A stretch of DNA of 64,000 bases from Candidatus Woesearchaeota archaeon (GTDB lineage: Archaea > Nanobdellota > Nanobdellia > Woesearchaeales > UBA11576): the NCBI GenBank assembly GCA_018668595.1, contig JABJCP010000043.1, positions 36,490 to 100,489 on the forward strand, given 5' to 3'. The notes under the pieces are model-generated. The model ran no database searches and was not told the origin of the DNA. It was given only the letters and a program-made list of their open reading frames with translations. The first letter of the stretch is position 1; each line of letters begins with the position of its first letter. The position numbers and the translations under genes are program-made. Shown here piece after piece: positions 10,279 through 20,075 of this stretch.

Positions 10279-11457
10279 CTAACTATGATTCACAGATTCT
10301 TTTTTGACAGAAAATAAAATTATTGTTCCAATTAATATAATAATTGCCACTCCAACCACAACCACATTAATAGAATACAAATCCATAAACCAACCTAATA
10401 AAACATACAGTCCTGCAGTAAATATGTTATATACTAAACTTTTTACAGAGAGAACTGTTGCTCTGTTTGAAGAAGATATGTGCGCATTAACATAATCTTC
10501 AAATATTATTTCTTGAAATGCGAATACTGCATAAAGTGCTCCAAATGAAATTAGTAATGTTATTGGATTATTAATACCAAACACTGCAAAGATTATTGCT
10601 TGAGATACTAGCACAACTAATAAAGATCCTGTTTCTTTTAGTTTTTTTTCAATTTTATGTGTAAACCAAGAAACAAGCGCTCTAATTCCCATCATAAGTG
10701 CAAGGATAATTCCAAAAAGTTTGACATCAAATCCATTATTTACTAAAAGAAGTTGTTGCCAAAAATCAAAAAAAAATTCAAGTCCTATATTTGATAAAAA
10801 GAAAAATGCGATTAGCCACATAATTTTATTATGAGATAGTGCAAATCGTAGTCCAGAAATTGTTTGATTCCAATGTGTTTTAAAATTTGTTTTTTTGCAA
10901 GTTTTGTAAGGCTCGACCATAGTTCCAATTAATATAGCTGCTGCAAAATAAATTATTCCTCCAACAATAAATCCTAATCTTGGATTTATAGTGTATATAA
11001 AAGGACCTAAAAACAATCCCATAATTGAAGCAATTTGGTTAAATGTATTTATTTTCCCTCTTATTTTTTTGTAGTCTTTTGTTTTATTTATTTTTTTAAC
11101 AGAGTCATATAATAATGCAACATCCGCACCTGATATAAATGAAAATGCAATTCCTACAACTAATGCAATCAAATAATAATGTGCGGGAAGCTTCATCAAA
11201 CCAATAGCAGTAAAACCAACACCATTCAATACACAAGATATAATTATTGCTTTTTTCTTGCCGATTAAATCTGCAAGTGCTCCGGTTGGTAATTCAAATA
11301 CCACAATAACTAATGCAAATATTGTTTCATGAATTCCAATATTAGTAAATGAAAAACCTAGTGATAAAAGATACAATGTAATAATCATCCATGTAAGTCT
11401 AATATGATCAACAAAAGAATATATTCCAAACTTCCATATATTATCTTTCACATGCAT
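10279..11457 (-). CDS. MFS transporter
   Basis: About 12 hydrophobic segments; ELPTGALADLIGKK motif A; SGADVALLYDS. Confidence 0.92.
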   Translation of the reverse strand: MHVKDNIWKFGIYSFVDHIRLTWMIITLYLLSLGFSFTNIGIHETIFALVIVVFELPTGALADLIGKKKAIIISCVLNGVGFTAIGLMKLPAHYYLIALVVGIAFSFISGADVALLYDSVKKINKTKDYKKIRGKINTFNQIASIMGLFLGPFIYTINPRLGFIVGGIIYFAAAILIGTMVEPYKTCKKTNFKTHWNQTISGLRFALSHNKIMWLIAFFFLSNIGLEFFFDFWQQLLLVNNGFDVKLFGIILALMMGIRALVSWFTHKIEKKLKETGSLLVVLVSQAIIFAVFGINNPITLLISFGALYAVFAFQEIIFEDYVNAHISSSNRATVLSVKSLVYNIFTAGLYVLLGWFMDLYSINVVVVGVAIIILIGTIILFSVKKESVNHS

Positions 11458-11597
11458 ATATGCTGCTAAAATTTATTAAGTTTATAAATTATTTTGTTAT
11501 GATTTGAAATAATAAAATTATGACAAACACACGCAATAGTCCATTCATTTCAATATCACCTACTACATTTATAAAAAAACAACAATTACCTACAATC

Positions 11598-12713
11598 ATG
11601 ACATCTCAAAATTCATTTGCAGATCTTGGGCTAAAAAAAGAATTATTAGTAATCTTAAAGCGATTGAAATTCAAAAATCCTTTAGAGGTTCAAACTAGTG
11701 TTATTCCCTGCGCAAAACAAGGGAAAAATATTGTTTTAACTTCTCAAACAGGTAGTGGGAAAACTCTCGCATATTCATTAGGTTTTATTGATAAAATCAA
11801 CAAAAAACTTGGAATTCAAATGATTATTTTACTTCCAACTAGAGAACTTGCAATTCAGGTTGGAAAAGAAATTAAAAAAATTTGTGATCCTTTAAACCTA
11901 AACACAGGCGTAATTTACGGTGGTCGGGATATTGGAGGAGATCATAAAACTCTAAAAAAGAAGCTCCACATTCTTATTGGTACTCCTGGTAGAATTGTTC
12001 AACATGTTAATGAAAAAAATATTAAAGTTGGAGACACTAAACTCATTGTTTATGATGAGAGTGATCAAATGTTTGATCATGGTTTTGCACGCGAGTGCGC
12101 TTACATGAAAACTCGAATCAGTAAAAACGCGCAAATTATTCTTGCTTCTGCTACAATGACTGATAAAGTTAAAGAGTTCATAGACCACATCATTCCTGAT
12201 TATGAAATAGTTGATCTAGGCATTAGAGTTCCTAAAAATATTGTTCAAGAAAAAGTTTTTTGTGAAAAATTAGAAAAAAATGATTTAATTATGACTCTGT
12301 TCAATAAAACTGGATTCAAACGTGCTCTTATTTTTTGCAATACTAAAATTAAATCATATAATATTGCGGATTTTTTTCAAAATAAAAAATTAAATGCTAA
12401 ATCATTAAACAGCGACCTTGATCAAAATCAACGTATTCAGCATTTAAATTTGTTCAAAGAAGGAAAAATTAAAATACTTGTTACCACAGATATTGCAGCA
12501 CGTGGTTTGGACATAAAAAATGTCGATATTGTAATAAATTACGACGTGCCTACGCGAGATGAATTTTATATTCATAGAGTTGGAAGAACTGGAAGACTCG
12601 ATAAAAAAGGTTATGCTCTAACTCTTATATGTCCTGAAGATATAGACCGTTTTGATAATATTGAATTTGACTATGAACTTAAAGTAAAAGAAATAAAAAA
12701 AGAAGGAATATAA
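11598..12713 (+). CDS. DEAD-box RNA helicase (core only; DESD variant)
   Basis: Q motif, QTGSGKT, PTRELA, TPGR, DESD, SAT, ARGLD, HRVGRTGR; start moved to ATG 11598. Confidence 0.93.
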   Translation: MTSQNSFADLGLKKELLVILKRLKFKNPLEVQTSVIPCAKQGKNIVLTSQTGSGKTLAYSLGFIDKINKKLGIQMIILLPTRELAIQVGKEIKKICDPLNLNTGVIYGGRDIGGDHKTLKKKLHILIGTPGRIVQHVNEKNIKVGDTKLIVYDESDQMFDHGFARECAYMKTRISKNAQIILASATMTDKVKEFIDHIIPDYEIVDLGIRVPKNIVQEKVFCEKLEKNDLIMTLFNKTGFKRALIFCNTKIKSYNIADFFQNKKLNAKSLNSDLDQNQRIQHLNLFKEGKIKILVTTDIAARGLDIKNVDIVINYDVPTRDEFYIHRVGRTGRLDKKGYALTLICPEDIDRFDNIEFDYELKVKEIKKEGI

Positions 12714-12759
12714 ATAAATATAAAATTAATAAAAAAGGAATAGAAAAAAGAGAATTAAA

Positions 12760-13158
12760 ATGATTAAACTTCCAGATAAATTACAAGAAGAACAAGATCA
12801 AATAAAAAATGAATGGGATAAAGTTGAAAATACTTGGAAAGATTACACCAATGAACTAATTCCTCAAGATATTATTTTTGCAAAAAAGATAATTCAATTC
12901 TCAATTAATGTTCTTAATCACATAATAGATAATTATGACGATAATAAAGAAGAAATGAAACAACTTCAAGAATTTATTGCATATTACCCTATTAATTTTT
13001 TCTATGGTCCTATGGGTGATGATTATAATTATCTTGACTTTGACGAAGGTTCGCTTTATTGGATTTTGTTTAAGCTTAGACCTGATGAACTTGTTCCAAA
13101 ATCTAGTTTTGAAGAAGCAAAAGATGCTGCAAAAAACTTATTAAAAGAATTTGATTAA
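12760..13158 (+). CDS. Hypothetical acidic protein
   Basis: ORF only. Confidence 0.6.
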   Translation: MIKLPDKLQEEQDQIKNEWDKVENTWKDYTNELIPQDIIFAKKIIQFSINVLNHIIDNYDDNKEEMKQLQEFIAYYPINFFYGPMGDDYNYLDFDEGSLYWILFKLRPDELVPKSSFEEAKDAAKNLLKEFD

Positions 13159-13179
13159 AAAAAACACAAAAATAACAAA

Positions 13180-15975
13180 TTATAATTCTAATTTGTTTTC
13201 TAAACTTCTCTTAATATTCACTAAACTTATAATTTTATCTACAACAGAGCAATCTCCTTGATAAAGTTTATTAAGTAAATAATGTCCAGCACTATTTTTT
13301 TTAAAACCACAAAAATAATTTACCAATTTATGAATTGTTCCTTCTCTAATTGATGGACGATCGACTTTTTCGAGATTAAATTCAAATAATTCTCCAGAAC
13401 ATTTATTTTTTTCTTGAGCTTTACGCGATTTATCATATGCTTTAAATTTTTTTAGTAATTGTTTATTTTCATTAGTTACAATACCAAAAAATTTTTCCAT
13501 CATCGCTTCTAAATTATATTCATAACTAATTAAATCTCCTTTTTTTATTTGTTGCTCAGCCATTATTGAAATATATCTTTGTCGTGCGCCTAAAGCATAT
13601 TTATCATAATCTTTTCTTGCTTCTCGTTCATAAGTTAATTCTTCTCGTCGAATTTTTCCTAAACGCAACTGGTTCGCTTTTTTTGCCACATATTCAAGTC
13701 CTACGCGCAAATCACCTTTTAATACAACTTTATCTAAAAAAGATTCATATAATCCTTTTTCAAACTTGCATCGTTCTCCTTTATTAGAATTGTAATCTGC
13801 AATTCCTTGCATCACGAATTGATTTCCTATATTTCCTGCAAAACTTCCTTTATTACCTGACAAAAATACTCCTTCACCTACCACAGAACATAAACCTTTT
13901 GATTCTAGACGACACAATAAATTTTTATCAACATTATCTGATAAAATAAAAGCTTCTTGATTTATATTAATAACATTTCCTTTAAGTAATTTTATTAAAT
14001 CATTCATAACACTAGTAGCCTTACATCTATATTCATCTAAATAATCTCCCTGCATACCTAAACTAAATTCTGCTGCGAATGTTTTTTTACCAATATTTGG
14101 TTTTGCTAATCTAAAAAGCGGATATTCTGCAATTGATTCAAGAGTTCTCATCAATCTTGCTTTTTCTTTAGGATCTCCAGTTAAGAAAGCTTGATTATAT
14201 ATCTTTTTAATATTGTCATCTCGTTCAAGCATATCTTTAAATATACTTGCAAAGGGAAATAGTTCAACCCATACTCCTTTTCTCACTCCTTTTTTTGCGT
14301 CGAGGTTTACATATTTTTTAATCCTTGCAGTAAAATAATCAATCGAGCAAAAATCATCAAAAGTTATTTCATTTTTCTTTGTTCCTAATCCTTTTCTAAC
14401 TTGATCACCCAATCGAATTTTAAGTGAAATTATTTCATCCTTAGGGTATGTATTTTTGTGATCCCAATACCAATTAACCCAATAATCTTCACATAATGTT
14501 TTTTTTGCGGTTGTATCTATTCTTGCAGGTGATGAATGTAATGCTTTTGATTTTAAAATATGTTCATACTTAAGTTGTTCACCAATCATCCAAGATTTCA
14601 TCGAATCTTGTGCTGCATAATATAAAACTTGAAACGCTGCTTCTTTATTTCCTTTTTCTGCCAATGCTGTTTGCACTACAAGTTCGTCATGTGTTAAAGT
14701 TTTTTTAGATTTAATTCCCAGCACATCTTCTAATACAGTGTCTAATTTATTATTGAAATTTTTCATGTAATGTTGAGAATAAGGAGATGGATCAATATCT
14801 AATCTACCTTTCAAAATTATTCGTTTAATAAATCCTCCTGCTGCTTGCACTTCAAGTAATGGCTTAGTTCCTCCCACTCCCACTTTAAAATTCCCAGTAA
14901 GACTTTCGGCTTTATCGTAATCGAATTTTAATTGATTATGCCCATAACAAAAAACAGGTTCTATTTCAGAATATAATGCATTTAATTTCTCGACCAACTC
15001 ATGTTGATCGCAAACATGAATTATTTTAACTTTACGTTTATCAGTATCATCACCAGGAACTGCTACTTCTATTTCATTCATTCCACAATCAAGAGTTGTG
15101 ATTAAAAAATTTTCACCGCTATCTAAACTAATCACTGATGCAGCAGTTAGTCTTTCATTTTTGTTTTTATCAAGAATTTCTTCTATTCCTCTTAGATAAT
15201 CTCTTCTATCCATCCACTTTAAATTTTCTTTATTAAATGTTTCATTGTATGCATCGACTAAATTCAAAAATCTAGAACATAATTTTTCCTCAGGTTCATC
15301 ACGTAATTCTTCTTGTACTCTAACACGTTTCCATTCTTGTGTTTCAAAATCAAGTGCTACACCTTTTACATTTACTAAAATTTTATCAGAAATTAATTCA
15401 TTAGTGAATTCAAAACCGCCATCTCCATCTTCAATCTCTTTTACAATACCAAATGGAAATCCTGCTTGTAATCTTGCTTGTCTTGTTGGACTATTATATC
15501 TATCTCGAATAAATTCTTGTGAAAGAAAAAAGTTTTGTTCATTTTTTTCTAAAAATGGCACTACACAGTGATATGTTTTATACTTTCCTCGTCCAAAAGG
15601 TCCATCTAAGCGCAAGCGCACATCAATGTTTCGCAAAAAATTGTCAATAGCTGTTGATTTTTCTTTTAATTCAGAATGTTTTTTTGTGCCTTCATTAAGC
15701 TTTCCCAGGTCTACTAATGTTTTAAATAATTCTTCTGTATATTGTTCTTGAATAATTTTTTTATAATTTTCAAAACTTTCAAATATTGTTTCTTCTCGTC
15801 TATGTTTTAGTAGCTTGGTAGGAATTTTGTGTTCTATTTTAATTAATTCAAATTTAGGATTTTTCATTTCTCCTGTTTCAGAATCTATTTCCCACAGACA
15901 TGCGTCTACAAGAGATTCTAGTCTTCCTACTAGTGACTGTTTTGGTTTAAGAAATGTCAACCCCTTAGTTACCAT
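13180..15975 (-). CDS. Family-B DNA polymerase homologue: intact DnaQ-type 3'-5' exonuclease motifs, degenerate polymerase site
   Basis: ExoI ALDFET, ExoII GHNQLKFDY, ExoIII YAAQDS; PolB thumb-like GKIRREELTYEREARKDYDKY and KKGDLISY; no DxSLYPS, KxxxNSxYG or YGDTDS. Confidence 0.75.
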   Translation of the reverse strand: MVTKGLTFLKPKQSLVGRLESLVDACLWEIDSETGEMKNPKFELIKIEHKIPTKLLKHRREETIFESFENYKKIIQEQYTEELFKTLVDLGKLNEGTKKHSELKEKSTAIDNFLRNIDVRLRLDGPFGRGKYKTYHCVVPFLEKNEQNFFLSQEFIRDRYNSPTRQARLQAGFPFGIVKEIEDGDGGFEFTNELISDKILVNVKGVALDFETQEWKRVRVQEELRDEPEEKLCSRFLNLVDAYNETFNKENLKWMDRRDYLRGIEEILDKNKNERLTAASVISLDSGENFLITTLDCGMNEIEVAVPGDDTDKRKVKIIHVCDQHELVEKLNALYSEIEPVFCYGHNQLKFDYDKAESLTGNFKVGVGGTKPLLEVQAAGGFIKRIILKGRLDIDPSPYSQHYMKNFNNKLDTVLEDVLGIKSKKTLTHDELVVQTALAEKGNKEAAFQVLYYAAQDSMKSWMIGEQLKYEHILKSKALHSSPARIDTTAKKTLCEDYWVNWYWDHKNTYPKDEIISLKIRLGDQVRKGLGTKKNEITFDDFCSIDYFTARIKKYVNLDAKKGVRKGVWVELFPFASIFKDMLERDDNIKKIYNQAFLTGDPKEKARLMRTLESIAEYPLFRLAKPNIGKKTFAAEFSLGMQGDYLDEYRCKATSVMNDLIKLLKGNVININQEAFILSDNVDKNLLCRLESKGLCSVVGEGVFLSGNKGSFAGNIGNQFVMQGIADYNSNKGERCKFEKGLYESFLDKVVLKGDLRVGLEYVAKKANQLRLGKIRREELTYEREARKDYDKYALGARQRYISIMAEQQIKKGDLISYEYNLEAMMEKFFGIVTNENKQLLKKFKAYDKSRKAQEKNKCSGELFEFNLEKVDRPSIREGTIHKLVNYFCGFKKNSAGHYLLNKLYQGDCSVVDKIISLVNIKRSLENKLEL

Positions 15976-16069
15976 TTTAAAGTAGGTAAAGACGCAAAGA
16001 TTTATAAACTTATGTGAATTATAATTAATTATAAAAAAAATAAAATGTATAACTTAAGGGGGCGCGTAA
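15976..16069. promoter_or_regulatory. Short divergent promoter region
   Basis: Palindromic TTTATAAA at 16001-16008, about 26 nt upstream of the minus-strand ATG; GGGGG SD-like run before ATG 16070. Confidence 0.5.
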
Positions 16070-18535
16070 ATGCAAGAAATTCCACCACACGAAAAAATAT
16101 CTCATTTTTTCCAAAATTTGTATCTTGCAGAGCCATTTCTTTCAGATTATGAATTGTTTGATTCTAATTTATTAATAAAAAAATTAAAAGAAAAAAATGG
16201 ATTATCGGGTCTTTCTACTAAATCCAAAACTAATCCTATGGAAATATTAGAGCAAGGATTTGAAAAAATAAAAAAAGGAAAAGGATTTGGTTCAATTGAA
16301 AAATATAGATGGTATAATAATTACATGTTAAAAGAAATCAGTTTGCCAGATGTTTACAATCCATTTTACGATAAAATCCCTATTTTTGTAAATGGTCTTT
16401 GTGTTACTCAACATAATAAACCAAGAAAAGAAGGAATGGATCCTTATTCTAATACACACAGATTTTCAACATTACTAATTCAAAGCCTAGAACAGTTATT
16501 CCCTCCTGATTTTTTAGAACGATTTTTATTTGTATATGTACAACCAGTTCCTTTTGTTCAAAAAATAACAAAACACAAAGGAAAATTATGTTTAGAAGAT
16601 ATTATCAGACATCCAATAGAACATCATGTTAATAAAAATTTAGCTGAAAAAAAGAAACAAGGCTTTGGTACTTTAATAAAATCAGACGATTCGTCATACA
16701 AAATTGCTAATGCGCATTATGATCCAAAACTTTTTAATTTTAATATGTTTAAAATAGCAAATGCTCAAAATCCTGACTCGAAAACTAGAGAAGCTATGAA
16801 AAGTGGACGATCATTCAACAAATTTTTAGAAATTAAACAAAATGAAATTTATTTCAACAAACAAATAATGGCAATCAAATTTGCTAGATTTCTCGACGCT
16901 ATTTATCCTAATTTAATTAAACTTCATAATGAAATAGGGTTAAATGGTCTACCTATTTATATGGAAAATACTTCTGACAGTGCAAAAATATTGCAATACG
17001 CAACAAAATATTCAAAAACACATATTCTTAATTGTAAGGATAAACCTAATGATAAAACTTCTTTAAGATATTTTAATATAGGTGATGGAATTCTCAATAA
17101 TACTCCTGAACGTATTCCTATTGAAGGAATTGCACACAGCAGCGCGCTCAATAAATTATTTGGTTTTATGCAGGCAATATATTCGAATGTATCAAAAAAT
17201 TATAAACGAAAATCTGTAAAAATAAAAAAACCTGCTAGATTTGAAGTTATAACCTATGATTCAGGTCATCAATTCCCTTGGCTTCTTTTAGAACAAGGTA
17301 CAAAAGGTAAACATCCTAATCTTCATGATTTAGCCAGACAAGTTCTGACAACTCAAGAGCAAAAATTAATTAAAGATTTTGCAGAAGAAAATAGATTAGG
17401 ATTTACTAGAGTAGAACCTGCAATCACCACTCTTTTAAAAACTGATTATTCAATCAATATAAGTCATCCTGCACTTTCAAAATTAAATGGTCGATGGTTT
17501 TCAGAAATTCTTGGGAAAAAAGTTTTAACTCCTGATAAACTACATAGTCCTGATTACAAAATTAATTTTTTTGATATGCCGTCTGTACATCCCGCAGATC
17601 ATAAAGTAACTAGTGACTTTAGAGGTTCTGAATTTTCTCAACCTACTTGCGAATATATAAGCCAAGACTGGCACAACCCAGATCAACTTACAGGTTTTGG
17701 TTGTTCAATTACTAAACTCATAGGTAAGATTGATAGAAATGTGAAAAAGAAACTTATTTTAGAGCAACTAGCACAAGAACCTGAAGAAGTAAGAGATGAA
17801 TTTTTCAAAAATATGACTCCCGATCTAGAATCTATTCCTGCAATTAGAGGTACTGCAATCCATACTTTATTTGCGCATCCAATGAATGAATTAGTTCATT
17901 ATAATACATTAGAATTTGCAGACATTGATCCAGTTCCTTCAGATGTATACACAGAAACAACTTTTTTTCATAAACTAAAATTACAAGCTAGAAATTCAAT
18001 TCAAGAATTTACAGTTTCTATGCATCCTGATTTATATCTGTTTCTAAAAAGAGGCACCGATGAATATGATTTAATTATTGGCGATGTGAAAACTAATCCT
18101 AGAATGGTTGTTCCCGAACATAAATATACTCAGCAAACTGGTTTTTATGGTTGGTTTATTAAACACATTGTAGAAGAAGAGTTAAGAGTTAAAATTCACA
18201 ATATTTATACATTTTTATACAAAACCAATTTTTTTGAGCGTGGCGACGAGCCACAAATAAAATATCCTTCATCATTATTTCGCCCACCAGTTCTTTCAAA
18301 AATAATATTGCATAAACCTGATGATTCAATAATCCAAACCTTGCCTTACATGTTAGCAAACATAATGGAAGAAAAACAAATGTTAAAAGAAGATAAAAAG
18401 TTTTTTGGGCATTATATTAAACATTGTGAAAAAAAGAAATATTGTAAAAAATGTTTTCCTGATTCTAGTCTTGTTTGCAAAAGATTAAGAAATTTAGAAA
18501 GTGAAAATAAAAATATAAATAAATATTTTAATTAA
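16070..18535 (+). CDS. Large protein with C-terminal Cas4/AddB-like PD-(D/E)XK nuclease and probable Fe-S Cys ligands
   Basis: RGTAIH, E(TTF), HPDL, IIGDVKT, QQTGFY, terminal CKKC-x7-C plus upstream Cys. Confidence 0.75.
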   Translation: MQEIPPHEKISHFFQNLYLAEPFLSDYELFDSNLLIKKLKEKNGLSGLSTKSKTNPMEILEQGFEKIKKGKGFGSIEKYRWYNNYMLKEISLPDVYNPFYDKIPIFVNGLCVTQHNKPRKEGMDPYSNTHRFSTLLIQSLEQLFPPDFLERFLFVYVQPVPFVQKITKHKGKLCLEDIIRHPIEHHVNKNLAEKKKQGFGTLIKSDDSSYKIANAHYDPKLFNFNMFKIANAQNPDSKTREAMKSGRSFNKFLEIKQNEIYFNKQIMAIKFARFLDAIYPNLIKLHNEIGLNGLPIYMENTSDSAKILQYATKYSKTHILNCKDKPNDKTSLRYFNIGDGILNNTPERIPIEGIAHSSALNKLFGFMQAIYSNVSKNYKRKSVKIKKPARFEVITYDSGHQFPWLLLEQGTKGKHPNLHDLARQVLTTQEQKLIKDFAEENRLGFTRVEPAITTLLKTDYSINISHPALSKLNGRWFSEILGKKVLTPDKLHSPDYKINFFDMPSVHPADHKVTSDFRGSEFSQPTCEYISQDWHNPDQLTGFGCSITKLIGKIDRNVKKKLILEQLAQEPEEVRDEFFKNMTPDLESIPAIRGTAIHTLFAHPMNELVHYNTLEFADIDPVPSDVYTETTFFHKLKLQARNSIQEFTVSMHPDLYLFLKRGTDEYDLIIGDVKTNPRMVVPEHKYTQQTGFYGWFIKHIVEEELRVKIHNIYTFLYKTNFFERGDEPQIKYPSSLFRPPVLSKIILHKPDDSIIQTLPYMLANIMEEKQMLKEDKKFFGHYIKHCEKKKYCKKCFPDSSLVCKRLRNLESENKNINKYFN

Positions 18536-19443
18536 TCATCGTCGGGTTTAACAGGAACTTCGACTTCAACATCTTGTTCATTAATATTTGAAGCTGAACC
18601 GCCAACACGAACTTCAATTATTTCATTATCTTGTATATCTAAACTAACTTTTATTTCTGAAGGTTTATTCATAATATATCCTTGTTCAAAAATCATATTT
18701 TTACATTTATCACCAGAAATAATACCATGCTTAAACAAATAACAACCCAGTGCTGCATTTGATGTTCCTGATGCTGAATCTTCTGAAACGTCATACAAAG
18801 GAGCTAAATTTCTACAATGCGCAGTTGAATCATTAAATTTAGTTTCGGTTGTAAATAAGTGAAAACCTACAACACCATATTTTTTACTTACTTTTTTAAT
18901 TCTATCAAAATCAGGCTTTATAGCATATAAATCATTTAAAGACACTATAGGAATAAATATATCCTTAATTCCTGTTGAAATTATTTGTATTGGTAATTCT
19001 TTAGAAAGAACTGAATTGGGAATATTTAATAGACTAGTAAATTCCCTTTTGTTAATTTTGTCTAAAAATTGAGGAGGATTTTGGTTCATAAGAACTGTTT
19101 TATCTGATTTAATTTCAATATTAAGAATTCCTGCTTTGGTTTCTTGAGTATATTTTCCAGGTTTAATTATTTTTTTATGTAATAACAAGTAAAACGCAGC
19201 AATAGTTGCATGTCCTGACAAATTAATCTCTCCATTTTGCGTAAAAAATTTAAATTTGAAATTTGCATTTGATTTAGTTGATTTCATAACAAAAACAGTT
19301 ACTGGAAGTTTCACTTCTTTTGCAACTAATTGCATTTCTTCTTCTGAGACTTTGTCTGCATCTAAAACAACTCCTGCGAGACTGCCTCCATTTTCTTTTT
19401 TAGAAAATGCATTTAATGTGTAAACTTTAACAGTAATAGCCAT
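18532..19443 (-). CDS. PhzF / DAP-epimerase-fold protein
   Basis: EINLSGHATIAA, STG, EDSASG, EQG..M.KPS, VRVGG; start set at ATG 19443. Confidence 0.9.
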   Translation of the reverse strand: MAITVKVYTLNAFSKKENGGSLAGVVLDADKVSEEEMQLVAKEVKLPVTVFVMKSTKSNANFKFKFFTQNGEINLSGHATIAAFYLLLHKKIIKPGKYTQETKAGILNIEIKSDKTVLMNQNPPQFLDKINKREFTSLLNIPNSVLSKELPIQIISTGIKDIFIPIVSLNDLYAIKPDFDRIKKVSKKYGVVGFHLFTTETKFNDSTAHCRNLAPLYDVSEDSASGTSNAALGCYLFKHGIISGDKCKNMIFEQGYIMNKPSEIKVSLDIQDNEIIEVRVGGSASNINEQDVEVEVPVKPDDD

Positions 19444-19560
19444 AGTATAATAAATAAAGGCGAAAAACATTTAAACCTTTCTAAAAAGCACACAAAAAAT
19501 GAATGAAATCAAAAAATTCAAAATATTGATTAATTATTGCTAAGTTGGCTAATTAAAGAA

Positions 19561-19995
19561 TTAATTTAATATCTTCTCCATTATTACCTTATGATCCTTT
19601 TTGCCAATCTGTTTATATCCTAATTTTATATAAAAAGTCTTGACAGGATTATTATCCCATACTTCCAAAAATATTCGTCGAAAACCCAATGTTTCAAAAT
19701 ATTGCATATACCATTTTCCTATCCCTTTTCCTCTATAAGAATTAGATAAAAATATCCTAGTTACTTCTAATTCATAATTCTTAGGAATTATTTGATAAAA
19801 ACCAATTCTTCGTTTTCCTTTCGATAAAATTATAACATCTTTGTAAGTTGTTTGAAAACTTGTACGTACATGTTTAAAATCAAATTTAAAATATTGAGAA
19901 ACATAATTACCAAGTGAATTTTTAATCATATCTCTAAAAAATCCATAATCTGACTTTTTACATTTCTTTTCAGTAATTCCAAATGGGTTTTTCAT
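19561..19995 (-). CDS. GNAT N-acetyltransferase
   Basis: YRGKGIG acetyl-CoA motif, LEVWDNNP..FY.KLGY; start set at ATG 19995. Confidence 0.88.
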   Translation of the reverse strand: MKNPFGITEKKCKKSDYGFFRDMIKNSLGNYVSQYFKFDFKHVRTSFQTTYKDVIILSKGKRRIGFYQIIPKNYELEVTRIFLSNSYRGKGIGKWYMQYFETLGFRRIFLEVWDNNPVKTFYIKLGYKQIGKKDHKVIMEKILN

Positions 19996-20075
19996 GTTCC
20001 AAGAAAAAATTTTAAACACTATAAACAAATTAAAAAATTAAATTAATATTAATAAGTAGGTATTAATAACAACAA

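Noticed and set aside
11598-12713. DESD instead of DEAD as a sign of inactivation
   Set aside because: DESD occurs in active DEAD-box proteins and all other motifs are intact.
13180-18535. Casposon or CRISPR adaptation module
   Set aside because: No cas1/casposase, no array, no terminal inverted repeats seen, and the polymerase motifs are absent.
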